A stretch of 64,000 nt of DNA, from the NCBI GenBank assembly GCA_043800255.1, contig JAZDNF010000010.1:1-64000 (forward strand), in the 5' to 3' direction. The position numbers and the translations under genes are program-made. Positions 12,201-20,744 of this stretch are shown here, one piece after another (position 1 is the first letter of the stretch; every line of letters begins with the position of its first letter). The stretch is from Candidatus Altiarchaeota archaeon (GTDB lineage: Archaea > Altiarchaeota > Altiarchaeia > IMC4 > SCGC-AAA252-I15). The notes below the pieces were generated by a model that worked only from the letters and a program-made list of their open reading frames with translations, was not told the origin of the DNA and did no database searches.

Positions 12201-13708
12201 TTGTAGTCTGTTATGTTCGCTACCGACAGGTTCACCTTCGAGACGTTTATCGCGCCGTAGTTGGCTATCAGCCTCGTGTACAGGGCGTCTTCTTGGTCTG
12301 TCGGCCCCTCGTTTCCGCCGTATACGGGCAGTGCAATCCTTCTGGCCGTGTCGCCGACGATGTTCAGGTTGTCGGTCAGCCAGTCGTATGCTCTCTCAAG
12401 CAGCAGGTCTCCATGGTATCTGTCGACGGTCGGGTCTATACCATATGCGACGACGTCAGATGAGCCGTTGGTCTGGTTGGTCGAGTTTGTTGTGGAATAA
12501 TAGAGGAGCATAGCCTCTCCTGTGCCGTTGGCTGCGAGCGTCGTTGCATTCTCATAGGAAACGTTAGCAAGGTACCTGGTTCCGCCGTTCTGGAGGTCGA
12601 CGTGGGCGTTCACAGGATAGCCGTATGTTATCTCGCCCCGTCTGTTGCTCATTATGACGTCATCCCACTCGTCGGACTCGTTGCAGAGGTTTTGCCTGTT
12701 CCCGTTGTCAGTCACTGCTGTGACGTTGCCCCCGAAAAGGTATTCTATGTCCTCCATGCCATCATAGATGAAGAAGACATCCTTGCCGGACGCCCTCCAG
12801 CCTGGAAGCAGGGTGGTGACGTAATCTGAGGTGGGGATGATGAATCTCTCGGTCACGCCGTAGCCCCTGAGCGCGGACTCTGATACCGGCACCAGCGTCA
12901 GCGAGCTGCCTATCTCAGGCTGCAGCCAGTTGTAGACGTTAGCCTCTATGGAGGAAAGTTTGTTCGTCCCTCTCGGATCTGAAATCACAAGAACGTCGGA
13001 GGAGGCGTTGACGACGGGAAGCCTGCTCCACAGGTTCTTCTGCCAGAAGATCGCCTTCTCTATCATCCTCCAGGTGTGGAATGGGTCTTCCGAGTTTGTC
13101 GGTATGAAGCCTGTGAGGACGACGTTGGAGCCGCTGCTGTAATTCTTGGAGATGACTGCTGCGCTGTTGTTTGTCAGCTCCCTGAAGGCCTCGGTGAAGT
13201 CTCCTGTGGCTGTCATCCTCCATGAGCCTGAGACCGGAACTGTCGCGTTCACAGGGTAGCCTCTGCCGACGGTGCTGTTGTCTACTGCCTTCACGTTCGA
13301 GAATGATGCGGCAGAGACTTGGACGCTGTCGGTGTTGTTGTAGTCTATTACGGCGTCATCCATCAGAATGATCGAGCCGCCCAAGTTCCTGATGTCCTGG
13401 ACCTTCTGCTGGCCCAATACTCTGTCAACCGCTATCGTGACATTGTATGCGGCGAAGGTCGCGGCGGAGCTGGAGTTGAGGACGCATGTGACGTCCGCAT
13501 TAAGCGGTTGGAGATGGTTGATGATATGCCTCTCGATTGAAGTCGATGTGTAGAGGCACAGTGAGGTGTCGTTCACCGCCAGCGCTATCTCAATGTACTG
13601 CAGATTGTACGGGTTCTCGTAGGCTGCCTGCACGCTGCATGCGAGAAGAAGGAACACGCTAACTGAAAGTATGGTTTTTTTCCCGTGGTTGTCGGATGGG
13701 TCAACCAT
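6251..13708 (-). CDS. Giant 2485-aa secreted/surface glycoprotein: N-terminal tandem alpha/beta repeats, Ig-like domains, NHL propellers, LTD, C-terminal WNLLS motif
   Basis: Signal peptide; NHL repeats (IYVADTNNNRIQIF); IVLNEFLP...WIEFYNRG; dense N-x-S/T sequons; ends LVLDWNLLSIPVEI. Confidence 0.85.
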   Translation of the reverse strand: MVDPSDNHGKKTILSVSVFLLLACSVQAAYENPYNLQYIEIALAVNDTSLCLYTSTSIERHIINHLQPLNADVTCVLNSSSAATFAAYNVTIAVDRVLGQQKVQDIRNLGGSIILMDDAVIDYNNTDSVQVSAASFSNVKAVDNSTVGRGYPVNATVPVSGSWRMTATGDFTEAFRELTNNSAAVISKNYSSGSNVVLTGFIPTNSEDPFHTWRMIEKAIFWQKNLWSRLPVVNASSDVLVISDPRGTNKLSSIEANVYNWLQPEIGSSLTLVPVSESALRGYGVTERFIIPTSDYVTTLLPGWRASGKDVFFIYDGMEDIEYLFGGNVTAVTDNGNRQNLCNESDEWDDVIMSNRRGEITYGYPVNAHVDLQNGGTRYLANVSYENATTLAANGTGEAMLLYYSTTNSTNQTNGSSDVVAYGIDPTVDRYHGDLLLERAYDWLTDNLNIVGDTARRIALPVYGGNEGPTDQEDALYTRLIANYGAINVSKVNLSVANITDYNQTQLVVVHDYGKVSSLIPQWNASSRILFAYEGLNETQGYYGGTHNAFYTTSNKYVRITSADWNEMTNGYVEGAVIPSESHCAFNYGSGPFTTVLQNAYQYDQIGGIDLVTTISNSLLSYYNNSNQSFRTAAYGFSPYGALYHDWKLFDRTVEWLLGTLNVTGVTAGDVALIVYNNGSLSSEEATYSSRLDGIRNSSGYTYTRVEISIVNVSNFANTSAAVVPVPGYTGSYYKTRLLDSGVGLFLPRVGTYTFVSTYGGGGTLLEASTPSQWGGTGVIATNNSNHSYPTFGYPNRAKVQVCSSCGAGSTVGFTWASMPPNYVGLLEADPNEVGGAANRYTLISNNLTYSGKLVLMGFVPNTHHGLILFDRSIMWLLDNLNVTGKKTKDVVLVVYDESSLSTAETTVQGWINGRWGPARYSTLDVSDVMASELWGTSRYVVTRKDLITGVVNYWHNLSNGIIFLGESVNDSAIALDVSSIGGVDLLSDEYTGNMNGTISNSHYIVGNLTASTTWQLTTSFVGSYGIADINASLFTTLATHTSCAGTCPEVLLAAHQSGIGNMTLFGINPVYATSLSSNWTLNAIEWVSETDTTPPTINWVNVTPQPFANNVTVNVLANVTDNRCLGGRCLSVYNVTLNYTLNFTDDSNWTIATFTRSNSITDYWSLSLNPLYNRTYMIYEVIATDTTGNTNRSAFYYYGIPDNTTPTVYNISFTPYMPSASQNVTVHFNADEFVNATVFYRVYNTSTIWIETGTALFKRAHDINTGTHDINTYEYWITACDFSGNCRNETNSGEYYLFCIEPGCERNPPNITSAWPSNGTIFAPLSNYTWVNVTSDEWAECRRSSTNTTFDNMIAFNNTYGRNHTMTFTLANNSNNVYIRCRDLLGNNNTQSYMLYYFVDVNPPVVTLVSPSNGSTNNGSIVYFNYTAYDNVNLQRCSLYLNISDWSENRTDLFAVNNSLNSFRVALDTFQYRWNIRCWDTVNNSAFASANYTVNVDTTVPVRVWGSVECSENPASSKFCYPADISVGATGILFTDDFEATNVTNWTTVRRGSGVIDTATTATVSGTYALYTRTSLPTDYAYAIRNLTFDYPYIIDYWLMVPSQSSIGGAGGLYILQSNQTNTTEIEIMLLDNNTGLDVKGNGGWTYDVVNLTANGWYNIKVSMINETDFRLYVNWTYIGTYAQFSSAAPNSIAIGEMENDTGQGTAYFDMVSVLLPRIHVADTDNHRIQRFTMAGAYDSVIGSFGDDTENGTLYYPRGVTISDMGYITVADSVNDRIQMFYPNRTFKSKMTGLNNPGDVAVDENNFVYVADTDNNRITVYNSTGDYNRTIGDSLLLDPDGIDVYNGQVYVTDSNDNVTVFMENGTVNFSISYNMTQPLDIAIDTTGMIHVADTDNHRIVIFHPNGSFYQSFGSYSTTEWGRFNEPSGVDANLNIIYVADKNNNRIQFFSMFYDRTVPFTLVNPLMANYTITGFSDPQGVFIHPNGLLYIADKSNDTIMVYSGQTRNATLRTQTVLYNPSDVAVDGSQKVYVADTFNDTVTVMHANGTFYGKITGFNKPQGVEVDSEGQVYVADTNNNTVSIYYPNWTRYTIFGSLGTGQGQLNTPMDVAVDSNRIVYVADRLNHRIQVFNASGSFIMQIGNGTAGNASGQLDNPHSVDIDYNGLIYVADTNNNRIQIFNSDGSFNFSFTGNGTLNRPEGIAVDYNGMAYVADTNNSRVQAYNVWPVRRYVESSIGNLRPSNGSVLAPYTSTVMVNLTTDYPSLCRISNTSDTAYGSMSNNFDWSYYHNHSETLTGLSNNRTFTYYVRCGNPWGYNSTQDYTITYSIDAPDIVLNEFLPDPDTGPSWIEFYNRGQTSVRMTDWKLHYNDSFSSYNYTFNGSADYRGYLVLYGNATGIQFNLTQGNLYLINSSDTVVDNMSYYAGSFNMTWAEIPANYSIGRAVDGVNNWTFFGNSSIGASNEGAVTFTVSLVLDWNLLSIPVEI

Positions 13709-13709
13709 T

Positions 13710-14792
13710 CTATCTGCTCAAGCTTCTGACCCTCTTCTGGAATCCCTCTTTGAGCTTGTCGCCTATGAACTCTCCCTTGAAGGCGTCAGCCCTGGCTGCG
13801 ATTGCGAGCTTGGCTGCGAAGGTTCTGGCTAGCTTTCCCCTTATGCTCTTCGGCGCGCCTCTTATCTCAGGCAGCTGGAATATTACGCCATGCTTCGGGG
13901 GCTTATTCCCCGTCCTCAGGAACCTGAAGAACGCGTCCTCAGCCCCCAGTATCTGTATGGTGCCTGCTGGCAGTATCGCCAGCCTCTTCAGGCTGCCTGC
14001 GTATGCTATGAGCCTCGCGCCCAGGACCCCCCCGGCGAGGGCTCTCAGGTTGGGGGCGACGTCCTCCATGACGCCGTCGACGTAGGATTCTATCTCAGTT
14101 GCGCTCTTGTATAGGTCTGTCAGCGGCGCCGTCAGCTTGCGGACCGCGGCAATGTCCTCATCGTCGAACTCTATCCCCAGTGATGAGGTCGAAGCCTCCG
14201 TTATCTTATTCTCGAACTCCCTGTCATACTTTGCCTTCAGTTTTTTGAACGACTCCCGCTTCCCGTTTTCATTAACCAGCGAAGCGTATACGTCGTTCTT
14301 CACGACGATGTGGTCCAGCTCGGGAAAGTGAAGCGAGTACCACTCCCTCAGCCGCTCGACCAGCGTATTCGCAGCGTCCTCGATGTCGTTCAACGAGCCC
14401 ACAGCCTGTATTATCAGCTGGTCCCTCTCGATGATTCTCAGCTTCTCCTTGGTGAGGTAGGCGTTCACCTCTGTTATCAGCCTGACGGCGTCATTCTTGG
14501 AGATGCCTGCCTCGGCAGCTATCTCTATAGGGTCCGAGGCCGACAAGTCTTTCACGAAGCTTATGCCAAGGCCCTGCCCCATGAACCGTTGAGTGTTTCT
14601 GACGCCAACCTCCTTGACGTTGGTCTTAATCAGCCGCCCTATCAGCTCCTTCTCCTCGTCGCAGACAGAGTCGACGGTCTTCGACAGCCTCTTGGCTACC
14701 TCATCAGGCTTTATCGGGAAGTCTATTCTCTCTATTATCTTCCCGTTCTTTGTTGCGAAAACCCCGAAAACGTTAGTCTCGACCCTAATCAT
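13710..14792 (-). CDS. nop5: C/D box sRNP protein Nop5 (Nop56/58 homolog)
   Basis: ERLREWYSLHFPEL, APNL...GARLIAYAGSLKRLAILPAGTIQILGAE and PPKHGVIFQ are Nop-domain signatures. Confidence 0.95.
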   Translation of the reverse strand: MIRVETNVFGVFATKNGKIIERIDFPIKPDEVAKRLSKTVDSVCDEEKELIGRLIKTNVKEVGVRNTQRFMGQGLGISFVKDLSASDPIEIAAEAGISKNDAVRLITEVNAYLTKEKLRIIERDQLIIQAVGSLNDIEDAANTLVERLREWYSLHFPELDHIVVKNDVYASLVNENGKRESFKKLKAKYDREFENKITEASTSSLGIEFDDEDIAAVRKLTAPLTDLYKSATEIESYVDGVMEDVAPNLRALAGGVLGARLIAYAGSLKRLAILPAGTIQILGAEDAFFRFLRTGNKPPKHGVIFQLPEIRGAPKSIRGKLARTFAAKLAIAARADAFKGEFIGDKLKEGFQKRVRSLSR

Positions 14793-14832
14793 GAGTATCT
14801 ATTACAAGATAAGAAATAAAACCAGTCTCCTT

Positions 14833-16923
14833 CTACCTGGGGAAACTGGATTTCCCGGGCTTAAGCATCCTGCTGCCTCCGCCCTTTCTACTGTACACGT
14901 AGTATGCTACGCCGCCTATAATGCCCAATACTATCAATATGGCCAGTATGCCAGCTATCCACCAGAAGCTTACTCCAATGCCTCCCTTGGAGAATGCTAT
15001 CGGCGTGCTGTCGTAGACGTCTGATTTGGCGCTTGCAGTGTAGCTGCCCCTGTCCTCTGCCGCTATCATTATAACGCCGTTATCGTCTGTGAGCGCCTCC
15101 TTCAGGCCTGCCGGCGTCTCGATTGCGATTGTCATGTTCGCGACCGGCTCGCCGTAGCTTGTGGCCTTCAGGATGAGGGTGTCACCTTCGAATTTTGCGT
15201 CCAGTATGAGCTGCTTCGGCTTGACATAAAGCGGCTCCTTCGCGTCGGTGTAGCCTGTCTTTGTAATCGTCACCGTGTGGTTTCCTGCAACGGTCGGCTT
15301 GTACGTCTGGGTTGATACTGCCTGGGTTGTTCCGTCGGGCTTTATTATCACGATGCTGACTCCCTCGACCTTGCTGCCGAGCTTGTCCAAGGCCTCTATT
15401 GTCACGGATTTCCCGAGCTCGATCTCGGGTTCGCTGAGCTTTGCTATGAGCTTGCCGGTCAGCGAGAAGTCCTGCTTCTTGGTGATGAAGCCGTTCTTGC
15501 TGATTGTCAATATGTGCTCTCCAGCGCTTGGTATTGTGAACGTGTACTGCCCTTTGGTGTCCGTTGTTCCGGTCGTGCCGTCGTCCATGGTCACTGTCGC
15601 GGCAACAACGGGATTGCCTGAGCCGTCCTGCACGGTTATCGTAATCTTGTCGCCGACTTTCTTATCGGAGGTTGACGGCATGAGGACGTTGAACGCGCTC
15701 TGCGCTGTGAAGGTTGTGGTGCTCGTGCTGTAGCCTGTCTTCGAGGCGTCGATGCTGTATATGCCTGCAATGGTTGCTGCATAGGTGACTTCGCCGCTGC
15801 CTGACGTCGTGAGCGTAGTGTATGTCCCACCAGGAACAGTTATCGACACGGACGCTCCTGACACTGCGGCGCCGTCTGATATCACCTTTATCTTTACAGT
15901 GTCTCCAATCTTCGGCTGCGCCGGCTCGACTGAGATTTCCAGCGCCGGCTTCTCTGCCACGGTCACTGTCACTATCTTGTCGGGGTATGCGCCGCCGCCG
16001 ATGTTTATCTGATACACTCCCGGGTCGTCTATCTTGAAGCTCGCGACTCCGTCGATGTTCGTGCTCGCCTTGTAGCCTCCCGGGCTGGTGAGCGCTATCA
16101 GGCCTCTGACGCCTTTGCCTGAGCCGTCCTTCGCTGTTATCGTGAAGGACTGCCCTGCTGTCGGGTTCTCGGGCACAGGACCAGTTATGATCAGCTCGTT
16201 GGTTATGGAAACCTCGGTCGTGTACTTGCAGTAGCCGCTCTTGTACACGTCAATCTGGTATGTTCCGAAGTCGTCGTCGCTGAACTTGTCCTCCAGGGTT
16301 ATCTCCATCTCGCCGTTGGAGTCTGTGTTGTCCGTCTTGTATTTGTCGTCCGCATCCCACTCGTCATCGCTCCCTAGGAAGGTGAACTTGACGTCCGCAT
16401 CATCTAGCTCATCGTTGTCCTCGTCTTTCACCGTTACCGTGATGTCCTTGTCCAGGGTCGGGCTGTCTGGGCTGATGTCAACAGACAGGTCGTCACCTTC
16501 TATCTCGAAGGCGTCGTCGTCGTTCGCGTCTGCGGCGTCTCCTCCGATTTCAACCTTTATCACTTTGTCAGCGCCGCACTCGTAGTTCATCAGGTTGTTA
16601 TTGTAGATCTTGTCGCCGTCAACGTCGAAGCTGCTCGAGGTGACAGTGTAGTTATAAAATCCGTCTTCAGGTATGCTGGGGCTTATCTCGTCCTCGTGGA
16701 CTAGCACGTCGTCTATGTAGACTTTTATCTCAAGGTCGTCCGACGTCGTGAAGTCCTCATTGTCCTTATTCTCCAGCTCGACGGTGAGCGTGAAACCGTC
16801 GCCTGCATCAAGATTGTCCTCGCTCAAATAGATTTTGGGTTCTATCTCTACGGCCGCTGAAACACGGGCCGAAAACAATGCAAAAAAAACAAATAAAACT
16901 ACCAGTACGGTTGTTATTCTCAT
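14833..16923 (-). CDS. Membrane-anchored cell-surface protein with tandem Ig-like / carboxypeptidase-regulatory-like domains
   Basis: Signal peptide; repeated TDxxG / ISKxGY beta-sandwich motifs; C-terminal TM helix plus basic tail; GAGGTG SD upstream. Confidence 0.75.
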   Translation of the reverse strand: MRITTVLVVLFVFFALFSARVSAAVEIEPKIYLSEDNLDAGDGFTLTVELENKDNEDFTTSDDLEIKVYIDDVLVHEDEISPSIPEDGFYNYTVTSSSFDVDGDKIYNNNLMNYECGADKVIKVEIGGDAADANDDDAFEIEGDDLSVDISPDSPTLDKDITVTVKDEDNDELDDADVKFTFLGSDDEWDADDKYKTDNTDSNGEMEITLEDKFSDDDFGTYQIDVYKSGYCKYTTEVSITNELIITGPVPENPTAGQSFTITAKDGSGKGVRGLIALTSPGGYKASTNIDGVASFKIDDPGVYQINIGGGAYPDKIVTVTVAEKPALEISVEPAQPKIGDTVKIKVISDGAAVSGASVSITVPGGTYTTLTTSGSGEVTYAATIAGIYSIDASKTGYSTSTTTFTAQSAFNVLMPSTSDKKVGDKITITVQDGSGNPVVAATVTMDDGTTGTTDTKGQYTFTIPSAGEHILTISKNGFITKKQDFSLTGKLIAKLSEPEIELGKSVTIEALDKLGSKVEGVSIVIIKPDGTTQAVSTQTYKPTVAGNHTVTITKTGYTDAKEPLYVKPKQLILDAKFEGDTLILKATSYGEPVANMTIAIETPAGLKEALTDDNGVIMIAAEDRGSYTASAKSDVYDSTPIAFSKGGIGVSFWWIAGILAILIVLGIIGGVAYYVYSRKGGGSRMLKPGKSSFPR

Positions 16924-17003
16924 TCTGGGGCACCTCTGCTTTTAAACGTAAGATATTGAGAATACCCTTATAAATAAGTGTTGCTGGGCTGTTTCCGCCC
17001 TGA

Positions 17004-19010
17004 TCACAAGTCTGATAGGGAGGATCTCTTCGACTTTTTGATGACATCCTCCTTCCTGGTTTTGAAGCCCAGCCTCCTAAGGCCGTCATTCACCAGATAC
17101 AGCTTCTTATGGCCCTCGTGGAGTATGGCTATGGTCGCCAGCGCCAGAGTCAGAACCATGATGACCGGTATCAGCAGAAGCCAGAAGTTGTACCTCTTCT
17201 CAATCTGCTTTATGAGCAGCTTGCTCTCGTAATCCTGTATCACGTTGACCCTGTTCATCTCAAGCTGGTATTCTCCTATGCCGTCTATCTCATACACTAC
17301 CATGCCGTTCTCGTCGGAAATAGCGGTTTTCTCGTTCAATTTCACGGTGACTCCCCTCACCGGGTAGCCTCTGCTGGTCAGCGTCATCTTGAGGGTCTTT
17401 CCGCTGAACTTGAAGTCGATGTCAACCGGGTGCGCTTTCACTATGAGCGTTTGGCTTACGACGTTGTAACCGTCCTTCTTGACCGTTATGTTATAGAGTC
17501 CGGGCTTCGCCGGTGTGAATGTTCCCGCCTCGACTGCGCTGACCTCCTCCCCCAACCGTGATGTGATTTCCGCAGTCAGCTGGGAGCCTGCCGCGTCTGT
17601 TGCCACGATATTGACGCCCTGCCCGAGCTCTATCTCGGAGGCGCTTATGTCTGCTTTCAGCACTCCTAGTGGGGTAACGTCTATGCTGTACTCCCAGAAC
17701 CTTGCCTTGCTGACCTTTATATTGTACGGTTCCATCCTGGTCAGGCTGAAAGTGTAGAATCCTGCAGAGTCTGTGACGCCCGAACCTCCCTCAAAATTTA
17801 TGCTCACGTCCGCGACGGTCGCCCCAAGCTGGTTCCTGATTGTCAGGTTCATGGGGCTGCCAATGTTCGGCTGGGCGGGATTCATGTCAATCTTGAAGGT
17901 GTTCCTCGCGCCGAACTTCTGTTCTACCGTCGTATATCTGCTCTTCTCAGCCTTGATAGTGTAGTCGCCGATGGCCGCCGGCGTGTACACTATCTCCCCA
18001 GAGGTTGATGTGGTGAACGTCTCGAAGCTGTTGTCAGGAGACGTTATGGTAACGACCGCACCGCTTAGTGGAGAGCCTCTTGAGATTATCGTGATCAGTA
18101 TAGACTCCCCGACCGTCGCCTTCTCTGGGGTTATCCTTATCTCAGGGACCGGTTTTTCTCCGATAGTGATGCTGACGTTCCTCGCCCAATAATCGGAACT
18201 CATGTCTCCAAGAGACAGAGTGTAGGTTCCAGGCTGGTTGATTGTGAAGTTCGCGCCGCCGCCTATCGTCGTGTAAGCCGTGAAGACTACCTTACCCGTG
18301 CTGTCAAAACCCTTGAGACCCACCCCTGATGGCAGCGCTATCGTAGTAAGCTCTCCTGCGACAGGGTCCTTAGGGAAGGGCCCGTCTATCACTATGTCCT
18401 TCTTGGCGTAGAAGGTGTACTTGCCGCAGTATTCTCTACTTGATCCTATGGTGAGGTCGTATCTGCCAGATTCTGGCGGCGTGAACGATATCTTGCCGCT
18501 GGCGTCAGACTCCTTCTTGTAGATGTCGCCCTCCCTCACATAGAGTATATCGACGCCGACCGACGCCGCTGCGTCGCCGCTGTCCTCGTCCTTCATTATG
18601 ATCGTCATCGGCTTGCTGGTCGAAGGCCTCTCAGGGTCTAATGAAAACAATGGGAGGTTCCCGACGTTCAGCGTCGTGCTGATGTTGTCAACAATCTTGT
18701 TGTCCCTGGTGAGCTGGGCGTATACTCTGTGCTTTCCGCATTCGATATAATACTTGTCCCACTCTGACTGGCTGTAATCACTCGACCTGACCTCTTCAGT
18801 GCCGGAGCCGACCCTCTTGACTGAGAACATGTGGTCGTCAACGTAGAACCGCAACTCCATGCCAGGCTCAGGGCTGCGGATGTCTGCTGTCGCGTAGAAG
18901 CTCTCCTCCGGGTCTATGGACGTGTCTGAGAGGTCTATGCCAGTAAGGCTTGCAGCCCAGACTTGGGTGCTTAAAGCCAAAAGAACGGCAAATACAAGTA
19001 GTTTGCTCAT
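17004..19010 (-). CDS. Paralogous membrane-anchored Ig-like repeat surface protein (likely start MSKLL at 19010)
   Basis: Signal peptide, the same repeat motifs and a C-terminal TM, as in the neighbouring gene. Confidence 0.75.
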   Translation of the reverse strand: MSKLLVFAVLLALSTQVWAASLTGIDLSDTSIDPEESFYATADIRSPEPGMELRFYVDDHMFSVKRVGSGTEEVRSSDYSQSEWDKYYIECGKHRVYAQLTRDNKIVDNISTTLNVGNLPLFSLDPERPSTSKPMTIIMKDEDSGDAAASVGVDILYVREGDIYKKESDASGKISFTPPESGRYDLTIGSSREYCGKYTFYAKKDIVIDGPFPKDPVAGELTTIALPSGVGLKGFDSTGKVVFTAYTTIGGGANFTINQPGTYTLSLGDMSSDYWARNVSITIGEKPVPEIRITPEKATVGESILITIISRGSPLSGAVVTITSPDNSFETFTTSTSGEIVYTPAAIGDYTIKAEKSRYTTVEQKFGARNTFKIDMNPAQPNIGSPMNLTIRNQLGATVADVSINFEGGSGVTDSAGFYTFSLTRMEPYNIKVSKARFWEYSIDVTPLGVLKADISASEIELGQGVNIVATDAAGSQLTAEITSRLGEEVSAVEAGTFTPAKPGLYNITVKKDGYNVVSQTLIVKAHPVDIDFKFSGKTLKMTLTSRGYPVRGVTVKLNEKTAISDENGMVVYEIDGIGEYQLEMNRVNVIQDYESKLLIKQIEKRYNFWLLLIPVIMVLTLALATIAILHEGHKKLYLVNDGLRRLGFKTRKEDVIKKSKRSSLSDL

Positions 19011-19048
19011 GATTGGTAAGATATCCGCATACTCCAATAAATACTATA

Positions 19049-19507
19049 TTATATGAATCTGACCAGTTGGACTGCGGACTCGCCGTTTCTGGTGTAACCC
19101 TCAAGGACGACCTCTTTCCTGAATTCATTCTCCTCGAAGAACATGATGGCTTCCCTGTTGAACGACTTCACCCTGACGATAACCCTGTGGACTCCGGCCG
19201 CCTTCAGGAGTCTGATCCCCCTGTTGAGGAGCTTCGTCCCCAGTCCCCTCCTCCGGAGTCTCTTGTCAACCACTATGGGCCCGAACTCCGCCCGCCCCAC
19301 GCCCTCGAAGAAGAGGACCCCGGCGAAGCCTACCACCTCCCCATCAGAGTCCGCGACGAAGAATCTGAAGTCAGGCCTCGACGCCGTGATGTGTATGAAA
19401 TCCTCGGACATGAAGCCGTCCTCAAACCACCTGCCGTTCCTCCTGTGAAGCCTGACAAGCGAGGCAGCATCATCAGCATTGAAATCTCTCACCCTTACGG
19501 ATTCCAT
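19049..19507 (-). CDS. GNAT-family N-acetyltransferase
   Basis: Motif A VVDKRLRRRGLGTKLL; NREAIMFFEENEF. Confidence 0.9.
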   Translation of the reverse strand: MESVRVRDFNADDAASLVRLHRRNGRWFEDGFMSEDFIHITASRPDFRFFVADSDGEVVGFAGVLFFEGVGRAEFGPIVVDKRLRRRGLGTKLLNRGIRLLKAAGVHRVIVRVKSFNREAIMFFEENEFRKEVVLEGYTRNGESAVQLVRFI

Positions 19508-19544
19508 GTTTAATAATTTTACCCTAGCTTACTATAATCTTACC

Positions 19545-20744
19545 ATGAAGTTCATCATCCTCTTGTGCGATGGCATGGCAGACCTCCCCATCAAGGAGCT
19601 GAAGGGCCGGACTCCTCTAGAGGTCGCAGAGAAGCCTAACATGGACCATATCGCGGAGAAGGGGAGGAACGGGATGCTGGAGACCATGCAGGACGGCCTG
19701 CCGCTGGACAGCAGCGTAGCCAATCTCGCGATACTAGGCTACGACCCCAAGAAATACTTCCCGGGCAGAGGCCCCCTCGAGGCTGCCAGGCACGGCATCA
19801 AACTCAAGGAGGATGATGTCGCACTGAGGTGCAACCTGATAACTGAGGACAAAGGCCTGATATCCGACTTCACGGCAGGGCATATAACTGACGGAGAGGC
19901 GAGGGAGCTGATGGATGATGTCTCAAAAGCGTTCGGGAATGATGATGTCGAGTTCCATTCCGGAGTCAGCTACAGGAATCTTCTAATCCTCAGGAGGAGA
20001 TTCTCGCACGAGCTCGACTGCAAACTACCTCATGACATAGTGGGAAAGCCATACCCTAAGAACATGGTGAGGCCTCTGACTGCGGAAGCCAAGGAGACCG
20101 CAGACCTGCTCAACGACATCATGATGGAGTCGAGGAATCTTCTCGCCTCCAGCGAGGTGAACCAGAGGAGAATAGGAAAAGGGCTGAAGCCAGCCAACAT
20201 GCTCTGGTTTTGGGGTCCGGGACGGAAGCCTGACATCCCCCCATTCTCATCAAAGTACGGGATAAAAGGCAGCCTCATATCAGCTGTAGACCTTCTCAAA
20301 GGCACTGCGAAAATAATAGGCTTGGACTCCATAGACGTGCCAGGCGCGACAGGCTACCTTGACACCAACTACGAGGGCAAGGCAGATTATGCGCTGAAAT
20401 CGCTGAAGAAGAATGATTTCGTCTTCATCCACGTCGAGTCCACTGATGAGGCAGGCCATGAGGGCAGCTTTGAGAAAAAGATAAATGCGATAGAGGACAT
20501 CGACAGGAGACTGCTGGGCCGCCTGCTTAAGGGCTTGGAAGGCGACTACTCCCTCGGTCTGCTGCCAGACCATCCCACTCCCGTATCCCTCAGAAGGCAT
20601 ACGGCAGACCCGGTGCCGTTCGCAATCTACCGGACTGATTCAGAAGGCGATGCGGTCCGCAAGTTCACCGAAGCCGAGTGCGCGAAAGGATATTACACGA
20701 AAAGGAAGGCAACAGAATTCATAGACTTACTGCTGAAAGGTTAA
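19545..20744 (+). CDS. apgM: Cofactor-independent phosphoglycerate mutase, archaeal ApgM type
   Basis: Starts MKFIILLCDGMAD. Contains TPLEVA, LDSSVANL (catalytic Ser), GRGPLEA, HVESTDEAGHEG and PDHPTP. Confidence 0.92.
   Translation: MKFIILLCDGMADLPIKELKGRTPLEVAEKPNMDHIAEKGRNGMLETMQDGLPLDSSVANLAILGYDPKKYFPGRGPLEAARHGIKLKEDDVALRCNLITEDKGLISDFTAGHITDGEARELMDDVSKAFGNDDVEFHSGVSYRNLLILRRRFSHELDCKLPHDIVGKPYPKNMVRPLTAEAKETADLLNDIMMESRNLLASSEVNQRRIGKGLKPANMLWFWGPGRKPDIPPFSSKYGIKGSLISAVDLLKGTAKIIGLDSIDVPGATGYLDTNYEGKADYALKSLKKNDFVFIHVESTDEAGHEGSFEKKINAIEDIDRRLLGRLLKGLEGDYSLGLLPDHPTPVSLRRHTADPVPFAIYRTDSEGDAVRKFTEAECAKGYYTKRKATEFIDLLLKG

Noticed and set aside
2255-13553. Short ORFs nested in the two giant NHL genes
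   Set aside because: Alternative-frame or antisense shadows with no independent motifs.
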